From Bacilli bacterium (GTDB taxonomy: Bacteria > Bacillota_I > Bacilli_A > RF39 > UBA660): 64,000 nt of DNA. Positions 49,895 to 60,301 of the stretch are shown one piece after another (position 1 is the first letter of the stretch; each line of letters begins with the position of its first letter). The stretch covers positions 720 through 64,719 of the forward strand of contig JAFSEX010000038.1 in the NCBI GenBank assembly GCA_017435465.1, in the 5' to 3' direction. The notes beneath the pieces are model-generated. The model ran no database searches. It was not told the DNA's origin and worked only from the letters and a program-made list of their open reading frames with translations. The position numbers and the translations under genes were made by a program.

Positions 49895-50013
49895 TTTATA
49901 TGTGTTTTTATTTATTTTATTGTAAAATTTAGTGTTTATTGCGGTTTTTTTGGCAATTTAATGTAATTTTTATTAATTTATAGTATAATATTTGTGTTAG
50001 AAAGAGGGATTTT

Positions 50014-51192
50014 ATGAAAATAATATCAATTAATGCAGGAAGTTCTTCCTTAAAATTTAGTTTATTTAATATGGATAATCAAGAATGTATAGCATCTGGT
50101 TATTTTGAAAGAGTAGGTATAAATGGAAGTTTTTATACAATCAAATATAATGGAGAAAAAATAAAAGAAGAAATTGAAATGCCAAATCATACAGTGGCAG
50201 TAGAAGTTTTATTAGATAGATTAATTTCACTTGGAATTATTTCTAGTCTAGATGAAATTGATGGTGTTGGACATCGTTTAGTACATGGTGCAGATAAATA
50301 TAATAAGTCTGTAATTATTACTGATGAAGTTGTTGAAGATTTACGCAAATTCTCAGATTTAGCACCACTTCATAATCCAGCAAATATTCTAGGAGTTGAA
50401 GCTGTTAAAAAAGCATTACCAAATGTACCAATGGTTGGTGTATTCGATACTGCATTTCATCAAACAATGGATAAAACAAGATTTATTTATCCAGTACCTT
50501 ATGAATGGTATACAAAATATGGAGTTAGAAAATATGGATTCCATGGAACTAGTCATTGCTATGTAAGTAAACAAGTAGAAAAAATACTTGGTAAAAAAGA
50601 TTATAAAGCAATTATTTGTCATATCGGAAGTGGTGGAAGTATTTCTGCTGTTATGAATGGTAAATGTATTGATACAACAATGGGATTTACACCACTACCT
50701 GGTATAATGATGGGAACTCGTTCTGGTGATATCGATCCATCTATTATTCCATTTGTAATGGAAAAAGAAAATAAAACAATTACTGAAGTTATGAATGACT
50801 TAAATAAAAATTCTGGATTTTTAGGAATTAGTCAAGAATTTAGTGATTGCCGTGACATTGAAGATGGAGTTAAAGCGGGTAATGAATTATGTAAATTAGC
50901 TTTAGATAAATATGTTCAAACTATTGTAAATTACATCGCAACATATTATGTTGAACTTGAAGGTGCAGATATGATTTGTTTCACTGCTGGTGTTGGTGAA
51001 AATGGTGTACAAGTAAGAGAAATGGTTATGAATAAACTTAAAGTTTTAGGTGTAGAAATAGACGCGGAAGCAAATAAAACAAGAGGAGAAGTAAAACAAA
51101 TTACACTTCCAACTTCTAAAATTGCTTGTTATATAATACCAACTAATGAAGAACTTATGATAGCACAAGATACATTTGATTTAATTAAATAG
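50014..51192 (+). CDS. ackA: Acetate kinase
   Basis: INAGSSSLKF, APLHNP, FDTAFH, YGFHGTSH, PTNEELMIA. Confidence 0.97.
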   Translation: MKIISINAGSSSLKFSLFNMDNQECIASGYFERVGINGSFYTIKYNGEKIKEEIEMPNHTVAVEVLLDRLISLGIISSLDEIDGVGHRLVHGADKYNKSVIITDEVVEDLRKFSDLAPLHNPANILGVEAVKKALPNVPMVGVFDTAFHQTMDKTRFIYPVPYEWYTKYGVRKYGFHGTSHCYVSKQVEKILGKKDYKAIICHIGSGGSISAVMNGKCIDTTMGFTPLPGIMMGTRSGDIDPSIIPFVMEKENKTITEVMNDLNKNSGFLGISQEFSDCRDIEDGVKAGNELCKLALDKYVQTIVNYIATYYVELEGADMICFTAGVGENGVQVREMVMNKLKVLGVEIDAEANKTRGEVKQITLPTSKIACYIIPTNEELMIAQDTFDLIK

Positions 51193-51205
51193 TCAGAGTG
51201 ATAAT

Positions 51206-52171
51206 ATGAGTATATTTAAAGAAATATATAAAGAAATTAAAAAATACGATAAAATAGTTATTGCAAGACATCAAAGAGTTGACCCAGATGCCCTTGCAAG
51301 CGAGCTTGCTTTAAAACAGTTAATTTTAAATACATTTCCGAATAAAAAAGTGTATGCAGTAGGTGTAGGTGCATCTAAATTTAGATATATGGGACAATTA
51401 GATAAATTAACTGATGATATGTATAAAAATTCATTGCTTATCGTATTGGATACTCCAGATAAAAAAAGAGTAGATATAGATGATTTAGATAAATTTGAAA
51501 AAACAATAAAAATTGATCATCATCCTTTTGTAGAAAAATTTTGTGATATAGAATACATTGATGAAGATGCATCTTCAACTTGTGAAATAATTTTAGAATT
51601 TATATATAATACAAAATTTAATCTTGATATAAGAAGTGCAGAACTATTATTTCAAGGAGTGGTATCAGACACAAACAGATTTACTACAATAAATACATCT
51701 TCCAAAACATTTGATTTAATAAAAAGACTTATTGATGAAACAAATATAGATTTTTCAAGTCTTTATGATAATTTATATGCTAGACCACTATCAGAAATTA
51801 GATTAGAAGGCTATATTGCTCAGAATTTAATTGTTACTGAAAATGGGCTTGGGTATATAAAACTTACTGATGATGTAATAAGAGAATTTTCAGTAGATTC
51901 AGCAAGCCCAGGAAATATGATAAATAATTTTAATTATATTAATGAAATTTTAGTTTGGGCATTTGTTTCAGAAGACAAAAAAAACAATATTAAAAGAATA
52001 ACTATTAGATCAAGAGGTCCAAAAATTAATGATGTGGCTTCAAAACACAATGGTGGAGGACACGAAAGAGCAAGTGGTGCTAGAGTAGAAACTTTTGAAG
52101 AAGCTGATATTTTGCTTAAAGAATTAGATGATTTATGCAAGACTTATAGGAGTGAGAAAAATGAAAATTAG
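51206..52171 (+). CDS. nrnA: Bifunctional oligoribonuclease/PAP phosphatase (DHH family)
   Basis: RHQRVDPDA, IDHHP, SDTNRF, GGGHERASG. Confidence 0.9.
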   Translation: MSIFKEIYKEIKKYDKIVIARHQRVDPDALASELALKQLILNTFPNKKVYAVGVGASKFRYMGQLDKLTDDMYKNSLLIVLDTPDKKRVDIDDLDKFEKTIKIDHHPFVEKFCDIEYIDEDASSTCEIILEFIYNTKFNLDIRSAELLFQGVVSDTNRFTTINTSSKTFDLIKRLIDETNIDFSSLYDNLYARPLSEIRLEGYIAQNLIVTENGLGYIKLTDDVIREFSVDSASPGNMINNFNYINEILVWAFVSEDKKNNIKRITIRSRGPKINDVASKHNGGGHERASGARVETFEEADILLKELDDLCKTYRSEKNEN

Positions 52172-52742
52172 TAGTGTAGAACTTAAAATAAGTGCAGTAA
52201 GAGTTAGTCAATATCCTGATGATGAATTGCCGGAATTTTTACTTGTTGGAAGAAGTAATGTAGGAAAAAGTAGTTTTATAAATACATTAATACATAGAAA
52301 AAATTTTGCAAGAACTTCAAGTAGACCTGGTAAAACACAAACACTAAATTTCTTTTTAGTAAATGAAAATTTTTATTTAGTTGATGTTCCAGGATATGGA
52401 TATGCCTTAACTAGTAAAAGAAAACAAGAAAAGTTCGGAAAAATGATAGAGGATTATCTAGCACATAGAACAAATTTAAAACATGTATTTATGTTAGTTG
52501 ATTTTAGACATAAACCAACAAAAGATGATGTTTTAATGTATAATTATTTAAAATATTTTAATCTACCCGTAACCGTAGTTGCAACTAAAGTAGATAAAAT
52601 AACAAAAGGACAATGGGATAAATACAAACAAATTACACTTAAAGAATTAGATCTAGTCCATGGAGATGAATTAGTATTATTCTCTTCACTTCTAAAAGAA
52701 GGAAAAGAAACAATTCATGAATTAATTGAATCAAAAATATAA
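52161..52742 (+). CDS. engB: Ribosome biogenesis GTPase YihA/YsxC
   Basis: GRSNVGKSS, PGKTQ, DVPGYGY, TKVDK. Confidence 0.95.
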   Translation: MKISSVELKISAVRVSQYPDDELPEFLLVGRSNVGKSSFINTLIHRKNFARTSSRPGKTQTLNFFLVNENFYLVDVPGYGYALTSKRKQEKFGKMIEDYLAHRTNLKHVFMLVDFRHKPTKDDVLMYNYLKYFNLPVTVVATKVDKITKGQWDKYKQITLKELDLVHGDELVLFSSLLKEGKETIHELIESKI

Positions 52743-52790
52743 TTAAGTACATAAAACTTTTAATTTCATAAAATACTTTAGGGTGAAATT

Positions 52791-53279
52791 ATGAAATTAG
52801 AAGTTTTTAATTTAAATAATATTGTATTTTATTTGTCTAAAGAATATTTAAATAAAATACATTTTAAAATAGATGTAGATGTTGAAAAAGAATTTAAAAA
52901 GCTATTTATAAGACTTAAAAATATATATAATCTTAATTTAAATGGCTATTATGAAGTTATTGTTTATATAAATGATTTATATGGAATAATTATTGAAATG
53001 GAAAAAGATGATGATGAATATATTAAAATATTTGGTGATACATTAGATATGAAAATAACTTTTAAGTTTGATTGTGAAATTTTATATAAAATAGAAAACA
53101 TAGATTTTATAGATTTTTCAAAATATAATTTATACTATAAAAATAATAATTTATATATTTCAATAAAAGATAAATATTTACTTGAAAAAAACGAATATTT
53201 AAACTTATTAGAAAACAGTAAATTAGTATATGGTAGTGATTTAAAAAAACTTAAATTAAATTTGAAAAAAATAAGATAA
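52791..53279 (+). CDS. Hypothetical protein
   Basis: 162-aa ORF with RBS agggtg, in operon orientation. Confidence 0.65.
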   Translation: MKLEVFNLNNIVFYLSKEYLNKIHFKIDVDVEKEFKKLFIRLKNIYNLNLNGYYEVIVYINDLYGIIIEMEKDDDEYIKIFGDTLDMKITFKFDCEILYKIENIDFIDFSKYNLYYKNNNLYISIKDKYLLEKNEYLNLLENSKLVYGSDLKKLKLNLKKIR

Positions 53280-53308
53280 TTTAGTATTATATATGTGGGT
53301 GTTGTTTT

Positions 53309-54025
53309 ATGCAAAGATATTTTGTAAAAAATAAAGAAAATAATAAATTTATATTGGAACAATCAGATATACATCATATAAAAAATGTAATGCGTATGAA
53401 TGATAAAGATAAGATAGAAGTAGTTTATGAAGAAAAATTATATATTTGTGAAATAAATAATGTAAAAGATAATTTAGAAGTAACATTATTAGAAGAAAAA
53501 ATAGATAATAATGAATTACCAATTGAAATAACAATTGCTTTTTCACTTGTCAAAGAAGAAAAAGTAGATTTAATTTTACAAAAATGTACTGAACTTGGAA
53601 TTAGTAAATTTATTCCATTAGAAGTATCTAGATGTGTTGTAAAAATTGATAAGAAAAAAGAAATGAAAAAAATAGATAGATGGAATAATATATGTAAAGA
53701 AGCTTCTGAACAATCAAAAAGAAATAAAGTTCCAGAAATTACTGAAATTAAAAGGCTTAAAGATATAATAAATCTAGATTATGATTTAAAAATATTATGT
53801 AGTGTAAACCAAAGTGTAATAAATATAAAGAAAGTGTTACAAAATAATACAAAGTGTGATAAAATTATAATTGTAATCGGACCTGAAGGTGGAATTAGTA
53901 TAGAAGAAGAAAATTACTTAATTTCAAATAACTTTATTCCAACAAGCTTAGGTAATAGAGTGCTTAGGACTGAGACTGCGCCAATATATGTAAGCAGTAT
54001 AATAAATTATGAATATATGGAGTGA
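53309..54025 (+). CDS. rsmE: 16S rRNA m3U1498 methyltransferase
   Basis: HHIKNVMRM, QKCTELG, EASEQS, IGPEGG, LGNRVLRTETA. Confidence 0.96.
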   Translation: MQRYFVKNKENNKFILEQSDIHHIKNVMRMNDKDKIEVVYEEKLYICEINNVKDNLEVTLLEEKIDNNELPIEITIAFSLVKEEKVDLILQKCTELGISKFIPLEVSRCVVKIDKKKEMKKIDRWNNICKEASEQSKRNKVPEITEIKRLKDIINLDYDLKILCSVNQSVINIKKVLQNNTKCDKIIIVIGPEGGISIEEENYLISNNFIPTSLGNRVLRTETAPIYVSSIINYEYME

Positions 54026-54030
54026 TTATA

Positions 54031-54774
54031 ATGGCTAACATTTTTAGTAATTTAGATATAGTTGGTAAAAGTATGATTGTTCTTTTAATTGTTCTTTTAT
54101 TTATATTGATTGGGTTAATAATATATTTATGTGTTAAAAATAAAAAACAAGAAGAGTTAAATATGGATCTTGACTTTTTTGATGAATTAAAAAAAGATAA
54201 TGATAATTCAAAAAGTGTTTTTGTAGATGATATAGATTCAAAAAAAATTAATGAAGTCGCTAAAAAAATAGAGATTGAACCAGAAATCAAATCAGTAACT
54301 AAAGAAGATATAGAACCAAAAGTAGATGAAAAGAAATTTGATATTAGTGAAGTTGCTAAACAAATGGAAGAAGATATTGAAAAAACTAATATTGAATTAA
54401 CTGAATTTGAAATGGAACAAGAAGAAAAATCAATAATTAGTTATGAAGAATTATTACAAAAAGTAAAAAGAGATAATGCTAATAGTAAAGTTAAAGTGAA
54501 TCTTCAAACAGTTAAATTAGAAGAACCAAAAAAAGAAGAATTCACGTTTAATACTGAAGTATTAGATTTTGGTGAATTAAGTGAAGTAGGAGATGCTCCA
54601 TTTAAAGTTTCAACTCCAGTTTCACCCGTTGATGGAATTCAAAATACATCTACTAATCTTTTAAAACAAGAAGATATCAAAAGTGTTTTAGATATTGAAA
54701 ATGTTGATACATCCATATACTCTAGTGATGAATTTTTAAATGCACTAAAAGAGTTAAGAGATAGTTTAGATTAA
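54031..54774 (+). CDS. Hypothetical membrane-anchored acidic protein
   Basis: N-terminal TM helix, 'FEMEQEEKSIISYEEL', 'SPVDG', C-terminal 'EFLNALKELR'. Confidence 0.65.
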   Translation: MANIFSNLDIVGKSMIVLLIVLLFILIGLIIYLCVKNKKQEELNMDLDFFDELKKDNDNSKSVFVDDIDSKKINEVAKKIEIEPEIKSVTKEDIEPKVDEKKFDISEVAKQMEEDIEKTNIELTEFEMEQEEKSIISYEELLQKVKRDNANSKVKVNLQTVKLEEPKKEEFTFNTEVLDFGELSEVGDAPFKVSTPVSPVDGIQNTSTNLLKQEDIKSVLDIENVDTSIYSSDEFLNALKELRDSLD

Positions 54775-56108
54775 TGAAATTTGCTATATATACTTTAGGA
54801 TGTAAAGTTAATACTTATGAAAGTGAGTTTATGACTCACCTTTTTAAGTCTAAAGGGTATAAACAAGTAGATTATAAAGATAAAGCAGATATTTATATAA
54901 TAAATACTTGTACGGTAACTAATACATCTGATAATAAAAGTAAAAAAATAATTAATCACACTAGAGAATTAAATCCAAATTCAATAATAATAGTATGTGG
55001 ATGTTTTACCCAATATATGAAAGGCGATATATCTAATAAAGATAAAGTAGATATCATAATTGGAAATAAAGATAAAAGTAAGATTGTAGATTTATTAGAA
55101 GATTATTTGAAAGAAAAAAATAAAGTTACTAAAATATATGATTTAAAAAAACAAAACTTTGAAGATATGGAAATTAAAAAGTTTGAAAGTCATACAAGAG
55201 CTTTTGTAAAAATACAAGATGGGTGCAATAATTTTTGTTCATATTGTATTATTCCATACGTAAGAGGAAATGTTAGAAGTAAAAAGTTAGAGAGTGTTAT
55301 TAAGGAAGTTAATAACTTAGTAAAAAATGGACATAGGGAAGTAGTGTTAACTGGTATTCATACTGGACACTATGGTAGTGATATAAATAGTAATCTAACT
55401 AAATTATTAAAAGAATTATCTAAAATAGATGAATTAAAACGCATTCGTATTTCATCAATAGAAATAACTGAATTAACTGATGAATTTTTAAATGAATTAG
55501 AAAATAATAAATTAATTGTAGATCATATGCATATACCACTTCAAAGTGGAACTGATAAAACATTGAAAGCAATGAATAGAAAATATGATACTAAATATTT
55601 TTATGAAAAAATATGTAAAATACGTGAAATTAGACCAGATATTTCTATTACTACAGATGTAATTGTTGGTTTTCCAGACGAAACTGATGCTGATTTTAAT
55701 AAAACTGTAGAGTTTATTAAAAAAGTTAATTTTTCTAAATTACATGTATTCCCATATTCTAAAAGAAATGGTACAGTGGCTGCATCCATGAAAAATCAAA
55801 TTGATGGGAAAATCAAAAAAGATAGAGCACATACATTATTAGAACTATCTAAAAAATTAGAAAATGACTATTATAATAAATTTATAAATAGTGATGTAGA
55901 AGTATTAATTGAAAGATGCAAAGACAATAAATATATTGGCCATACATCTAACTATTTAGAAGTTGAAATTGAAAGTAATAAAGATATTACAAATCAGCTA
56001 TATATGGTTCATATAAATGAAATAATAGATAACAAATGTATTGGAAAGTTAAAAGAAGGTGGAAAAATTAATGAAAAAAATAACGATAATTTTTCTTGTC
56101 TTTGTTAG
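54774..56108 (+). CDS. mtaB: tRNA t6A37 methylthiotransferase
   Basis: TLGCKVNTYES, INTCTVT, KIQDGCNNFCSYC radical-SAM motif, HVFPYS. Confidence 0.95.
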   Translation: MKFAIYTLGCKVNTYESEFMTHLFKSKGYKQVDYKDKADIYIINTCTVTNTSDNKSKKIINHTRELNPNSIIIVCGCFTQYMKGDISNKDKVDIIIGNKDKSKIVDLLEDYLKEKNKVTKIYDLKKQNFEDMEIKKFESHTRAFVKIQDGCNNFCSYCIIPYVRGNVRSKKLESVIKEVNNLVKNGHREVVLTGIHTGHYGSDINSNLTKLLKELSKIDELKRIRISSIEITELTDEFLNELENNKLIVDHMHIPLQSGTDKTLKAMNRKYDTKYFYEKICKIREIRPDISITTDVIVGFPDETDADFNKTVEFIKKVNFSKLHVFPYSKRNGTVAASMKNQIDGKIKKDRAHTLLELSKKLENDYYNKFINSDVEVLIERCKDNKYIGHTSNYLEVEIESNKDITNQLYMVHINEIIDNKCIGKLKEGGKINEKNNDNFSCLC

Positions 56109-56826
56109 TTGTTTCACTGGCTGTCAGAATTTAAAAAAAGTAAACTATGATGGAAATACTATTGGTTCAATTGCTTATAATTATAATAAAGAATTAGGAT
56201 ATACAATATATTTAATTGAAAATAACAAGTATGTACCATTTCTAGTTATTCATAATTATGATAATAATAAAACTTTGTTATTAAGAAAAAATACTTTAAT
56301 TAAACCGAAAAAATATAATGAAGTATATGATGAACTTTATCCATCATATTATAAAAACAGTGATATAAATAATTTTTTAAATAATGAATATTATAGTAGT
56401 CTTGATACAAAAATTCAAAAATTAATAAGTTGTACTAATATCGAAATTACTTCAAAAGATTCATTAGAAATTCATGGAAATAAAATTGAAAGTATGAATA
56501 CATTTATTTTTCTTCTTTCAACATATGAATTAGGATATGGATTAGCAAATACAGCCACTAAAGAAGGTATTGAATTAGATTTTTTCAAAAATCCAAACAA
56601 TCGTCTTGCATTAGATGACAGTGGCAAAAAATCATCATATTGGCTTAGAACTCCTGATACAGGGTATTCTTCAGCTCCTTATATTGTTGCTCAAGATGGA
56701 AAAATAGGAAGTATAAATGCATATGATGAGGATAAAGTAAGGCCTGCATTTATTGTTGCAAGTGATACAAAAATAAAGAAGGAATTTGTTAATGAATTAG
56801 ATAGTATGATATTTATTTTTGAATAA
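56071..56826 (+). CDS. Lipoprotein with DUF6273-like domain
   Basis: Lipobox FTGC; SDINNFLNNEY, IFLLS..E, YWLRTP, VRPAF. Confidence 0.7.
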   Translation: MKKITIIFLVFVSCFTGCQNLKKVNYDGNTIGSIAYNYNKELGYTIYLIENNKYVPFLVIHNYDNNKTLLLRKNTLIKPKKYNEVYDELYPSYYKNSDINNFLNNEYYSSLDTKIQKLISCTNIEITSKDSLEIHGNKIESMNTFIFLLSTYELGYGLANTATKEGIELDFFKNPNNRLALDDSGKKSSYWLRTPDTGYSSAPYIVAQDGKIGSINAYDEDKVRPAFIVASDTKIKKEFVNELDSMIFIFE

Positions 56827-56883
56827 TTTAGTAAAAATTATGTAAAGTTAGTGCAAAAAATAACTTTATATGATATAATTAAA

Positions 56884-57060
56884 ATACCTGAGAGAAACGT
56901 GAGTCATTATATAAAACCGACTAATTGAGTTTATAAGGGAATCTAACGAATTATTGGTGTTGAATGCTTGCTTCTAAGTGAGAATCCTAAAAATAATTCT
57001 GTGATGCCCACCTGTACAAGTGCAGGTTTTTATTCTCATGATAGCGTCCTTTCGGGTTTT
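56884..57060 (+). ncRNA. ssrS: 6S RNA (SsrS)
   Basis: TATAAT at 56874-79; terminal pairing acctgagag/ctttcgggt, acgt/gcgt and gtcat/atgat; 'gcccacctg...caggtt' element typical of Firmicute 6S; lies upstream of tcdA/yrvM as in Bacillus. Confidence 0.78.
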
Positions 57061-57086
57061 ATTATGCTTTTAAATGTGGTGGTTAT

Positions 57087-57773
57087 ATGTTTAATAGAAT
57101 AGAATCATTAATTGGAATAAATAATGTAGAAAAAATTAAAAAATCTAAAGTACTTATTATTGGACTTGGTGGAGTTGGTGGTAGTGCTTTAGAATCGCTT
57201 GTTAGAAGTGGTATAGAAAATATAACAATAGTAGATTTTGATGTATTAGATGAGACAAATTTAAATCGACAAATAATTGCATTAAATTCTACTATTGGTA
57301 TGAAAAAAACAGATGCATTTTATAATAGAATTATGGATATTAATCCTAATTGTAAAGTTAAAATAATTGATGAATATATTAATGAAAAAAATATTGATAA
57401 AATATTTGAAGATATTGAATACGTCATAGATGCATGTGATACTATAAATACCAAAAAATTAATTATTAAAAATTGTTTAGATAGAAAAATAAAATTTATA
57501 TCATGTATGGGTACTGCTAAAAAATTAGATCCAACCCAATTACAAATAACAGATATTAGAAAAACAAGTTATGATAAACTTGCTAAAATAATAAGAAAAT
57601 GGGCAAGTGAAAACAAAATTAATAAAAAAATTCCAGTTGTTTCTTCTACTGAAAAAATAATAGAAAATAAAGATAATTCCAAATCTTTAGCATCTATGTG
57701 TTTTGTTCCAAACACTGCAGGAATCTTATGTGCGAAATATATAATTGATGAAATAATAAGAACAAATAATTAA
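57087..57773 (+). CDS. tcdA: tRNA threonylcarbamoyladenosine dehydratase (ThiF family)
   Basis: GLGGVGG, TNLNRQ, IDACD, SCMGTAKKLDP, VVSSTE. Confidence 0.9.
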   Translation: MFNRIESLIGINNVEKIKKSKVLIIGLGGVGGSALESLVRSGIENITIVDFDVLDETNLNRQIIALNSTIGMKKTDAFYNRIMDINPNCKVKIIDEYINEKNIDKIFEDIEYVIDACDTINTKKLIIKNCLDRKIKFISCMGTAKKLDPTQLQITDIRKTSYDKLAKIIRKWASENKINKKIPVVSSTEKIIENKDNSKSLASMCFVPNTAGILCAKYIIDEIIRTNN

Positions 57774-57848
57774 TTTATTTGTTCTTATTATATTGTAAAA
57801 AAAACTAAAAAAAGCTATACTAATAAAAGAAAGATAGGGGTAGATAAT

Positions 57849-58316
57849 ATGTTTAATATTTTATCAGATACTGATTTATGTACAAGTTCGATGGGATATA
57901 GATTATTTGGATTTTTAGGTCATATATTAAATATTATACAAATTGTAATTCCTATCATATTAATAGTAATTGGAACAATTGAATTAATAAAGTCACTTAT
58001 TAGTAATTTAGATGATAATAAAAAAGTTTTTTCAAAATTAATAGTAAAATTGGTTTTTGCAGCACTAATATTTTTTGTACCAATTATTGTTAGATTTTTG
58101 ATTGGAATGGTTACTAGTGATACCGCTAATGCATGCATAGACTGTTTATCAAATCCAAATTATTGTAATGAAAAAGCTGAAGAACTAAGTCCTTTGAAAT
58201 GTAATGATAATGAATCATTTAAAAAAGATATTAATTGTACAGATGAAACATGTAAAGATAGAGAAGATTGTAAAAAATTAAATGATGAATGGAAATGTTG
58301 TATTGGAAATATTTAG
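57849..58316 (+). CDS. TrbC/VirB2-like pilin-type membrane protein with Cys-rich C-terminal tail
   Basis: Two-TM hairpin 'IIQIVIPIILIVIGTIELIKS...KLVFAALIFFVPIIV'; 9 Cys in the C-terminal ~60 aa. Confidence 0.55.
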   Translation: MFNILSDTDLCTSSMGYRLFGFLGHILNIIQIVIPIILIVIGTIELIKSLISNLDDNKKVFSKLIVKLVFAALIFFVPIIVRFLIGMVTSDTANACIDCLSNPNYCNEKAEELSPLKCNDNESFKKDINCTDETCKDREDCKKLNDEWKCCIGNI

Positions 58317-58556
58317 AAATTCTTGAAAGTAAAATATTACTCAATAATATTTATATTAAATTTCATTATTAACATAAATATTATGATATAATTAACAAAT
58401 TAATAAACAACGATTTTATTGATTAAATGTAATTGTTTTCACTAGATAAACGTAAACTATCAACATGAAATTATGTTTATAATTTAGAACATTAATATAT
58501 TGTTAGATCTTTTAAAATATTAAACATTTATAAATAACATTTTACAAAAGAAAGGA

Positions 58557-59810
58557 ATGAATAATATTATGAAAAAATTAATATTAATAACTTTTGCGAT
58601 AATTAGTTTTGTTAGTTTTAAAACTTTAGTATTTGCTGAAGATAGAGTTATGAATAGTGATAAAGGAAAAGTTTTAATATCTCAAAATGAATATAAAGCT
58701 ATATTTAACTTTGATAATGGAATTACTAAAGAAATATTTGATTTATTTGTAATGCATAAAATTGGTGTTGACGAAAATGGTAATGGTGGACAAAAAGTTT
58801 TTAGAATGTATATGAAAATAGGAGAAGTTTGCGAAATAACAAATAATTTATATTTTAAAGGTTGTAAATATGATAATAGTACGGATACTTTTACTATTAA
58901 TCTTCATGAATTTTCTAGTAATAATAAAATAGAATATATAATTAAATTTTTAGATGATAAAATTGAAACGCAGATTATACAAAAAATTGATGATAAGATA
59001 ATTACAATTGCTAATAATGCAAGAGATACTTCACTTGGTGAAAACAGCATTAACGAAAAAGAAGTTTTAATGATTACAATTGATAACCAAAAATACATTC
59101 CAGTAAGATTTTTTAGTGAAATATTATATTACGACATAACATTTAATGCTAATGAAAAAAATGCAACAATTAGTGCATATAGTATTATGAAAAAAGATAA
59201 AACAAATTGTTCTACTGTAAATAAAACTGATTCATATTACTTATATAATGAATGTGAAAACGGTAAACTATATATATTACCTGCTACAAAAAAAGTATAT
59301 GTAAGTCCATCAAATCAAATTGATAATACTATTGTATCTGGATTAGGCTACTCTAATGAATCAGAAATAATGAATAAAGTTGCAGATTATTTAGTTCCTG
59401 CACTAGAATCTAGGGGAATTGTAACGTTTAGAAATAAACCTACTATGACTTTAAATGAAATTGTAAATGAATCTAAATCATTAAATGTAGATTTTCATTT
59501 TGAAATTCATTCCAATGCCGGTGGAGGAGTTGGTCCCGAAATACATATTCATCCCAATGCAACTTCAATCGCAAAAGAAATTGCCCCAAAAATACATGAT
59601 AGCCTAGTTGCAATTTATCCGAGTGGTAAAGGTAGAGGTGTTTGGAATTCACGAAATTTGATGGAAACAAATCCCAATAATGTAAATAATGGAGCACTAG
59701 TAGAAGTTGCTTTCCATGACAATTATAATGATGCAAAATGGATTATTGATAATTTTCAATTAATTGGAGAAACAATGGCAGATGCTATCGCAAATTATTA
59801 TGGTATGTAG
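58557..59810 (+). CDS. Secreted N-acetylmuramoyl-L-alanine amidase (Amidase_3) with copper-amine-oxidase-N-like domain
   Basis: Signal peptide; YIPVRFFSE; VYVSPSNQ, NESE, IHSNA, LVEVAFHDN. Confidence 0.8.
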   Translation: MNNIMKKLILITFAIISFVSFKTLVFAEDRVMNSDKGKVLISQNEYKAIFNFDNGITKEIFDLFVMHKIGVDENGNGGQKVFRMYMKIGEVCEITNNLYFKGCKYDNSTDTFTINLHEFSSNNKIEYIIKFLDDKIETQIIQKIDDKIITIANNARDTSLGENSINEKEVLMITIDNQKYIPVRFFSEILYYDITFNANEKNATISAYSIMKKDKTNCSTVNKTDSYYLYNECENGKLYILPATKKVYVSPSNQIDNTIVSGLGYSNESEIMNKVADYLVPALESRGIVTFRNKPTMTLNEIVNESKSLNVDFHFEIHSNAGGGVGPEIHIHPNATSIAKEIAPKIHDSLVAIYPSGKGRGVWNSRNLMETNPNNVNNGALVEVAFHDNYNDAKWIIDNFQLIGETMADAIANYYGM

Positions 59811-59818
59811 GTGATAAC

Positions 59819-60211
59819 GTGAAATTTAAATATATTATTTTAATTATAATTTTAACAATCGGAATTACTGGTTGTGGATGTTCTAAAAAAGAAATTGTTA
59901 AGAATCAAAATATAGTAGATATTACAATTGAAGTTCCAATAGAGAATATTGAAACAATCGAAATTAAGCCTGGACAAAATGAATATGCAACTATTAAAAA
60001 AGGTAAAACATTTGAAATTATTAAATGGATTACACCAAAAGAAAAAAATAATACTTCTTTGAAATGGAAAATATCTAATCCCGAAATTATTTCAATCACT
60101 GATTCTGGAGAAGTAACTGCAAAAAAAATAGGCAAAACTAGTATAACTGCATATACTACAGTAGAAAATATAATAGAATCTAATACAATTGACATAGAAG
60201 TTATAGAATAA
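59819..60211 (+). CDS. Lipoprotein with bacterial Ig-like (Big_2) domain
   Basis: Lipobox ITGC; LKWKISNPEIISITDSGEVTAKKIGKTSITA. Confidence 0.8.
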   Translation: MKFKYIILIIILTIGITGCGCSKKEIVKNQNIVDITIEVPIENIETIEIKPGQNEYATIKKGKTFEIIKWITPKEKNNTSLKWKISNPEIISITDSGEVTAKKIGKTSITAYTTVENIIESNTIDIEVIE

Positions 60212-60301
60212 AAGTAATATTTTATTCTTTTTTCTTTATATTAATTGTAAAAATTAATAAAAAAAGCTATAATAATAAATGAGATAATGGGTGATAAAAT
60301 A

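Noticed and set aside
56071-56826. DUF6273 lipoprotein as a diversity-generating retroelement target
   Set aside because: The C-terminus (YWLRTP..VRPAF) resembles lectin-fold targets, but no template repeat or reverse transcriptase is visible in the window
58317-58556. Long intergenic region as a possible ncRNA
   Set aside because: Extremely AT-rich with no convincing stems or known motifs; probably a promoter region
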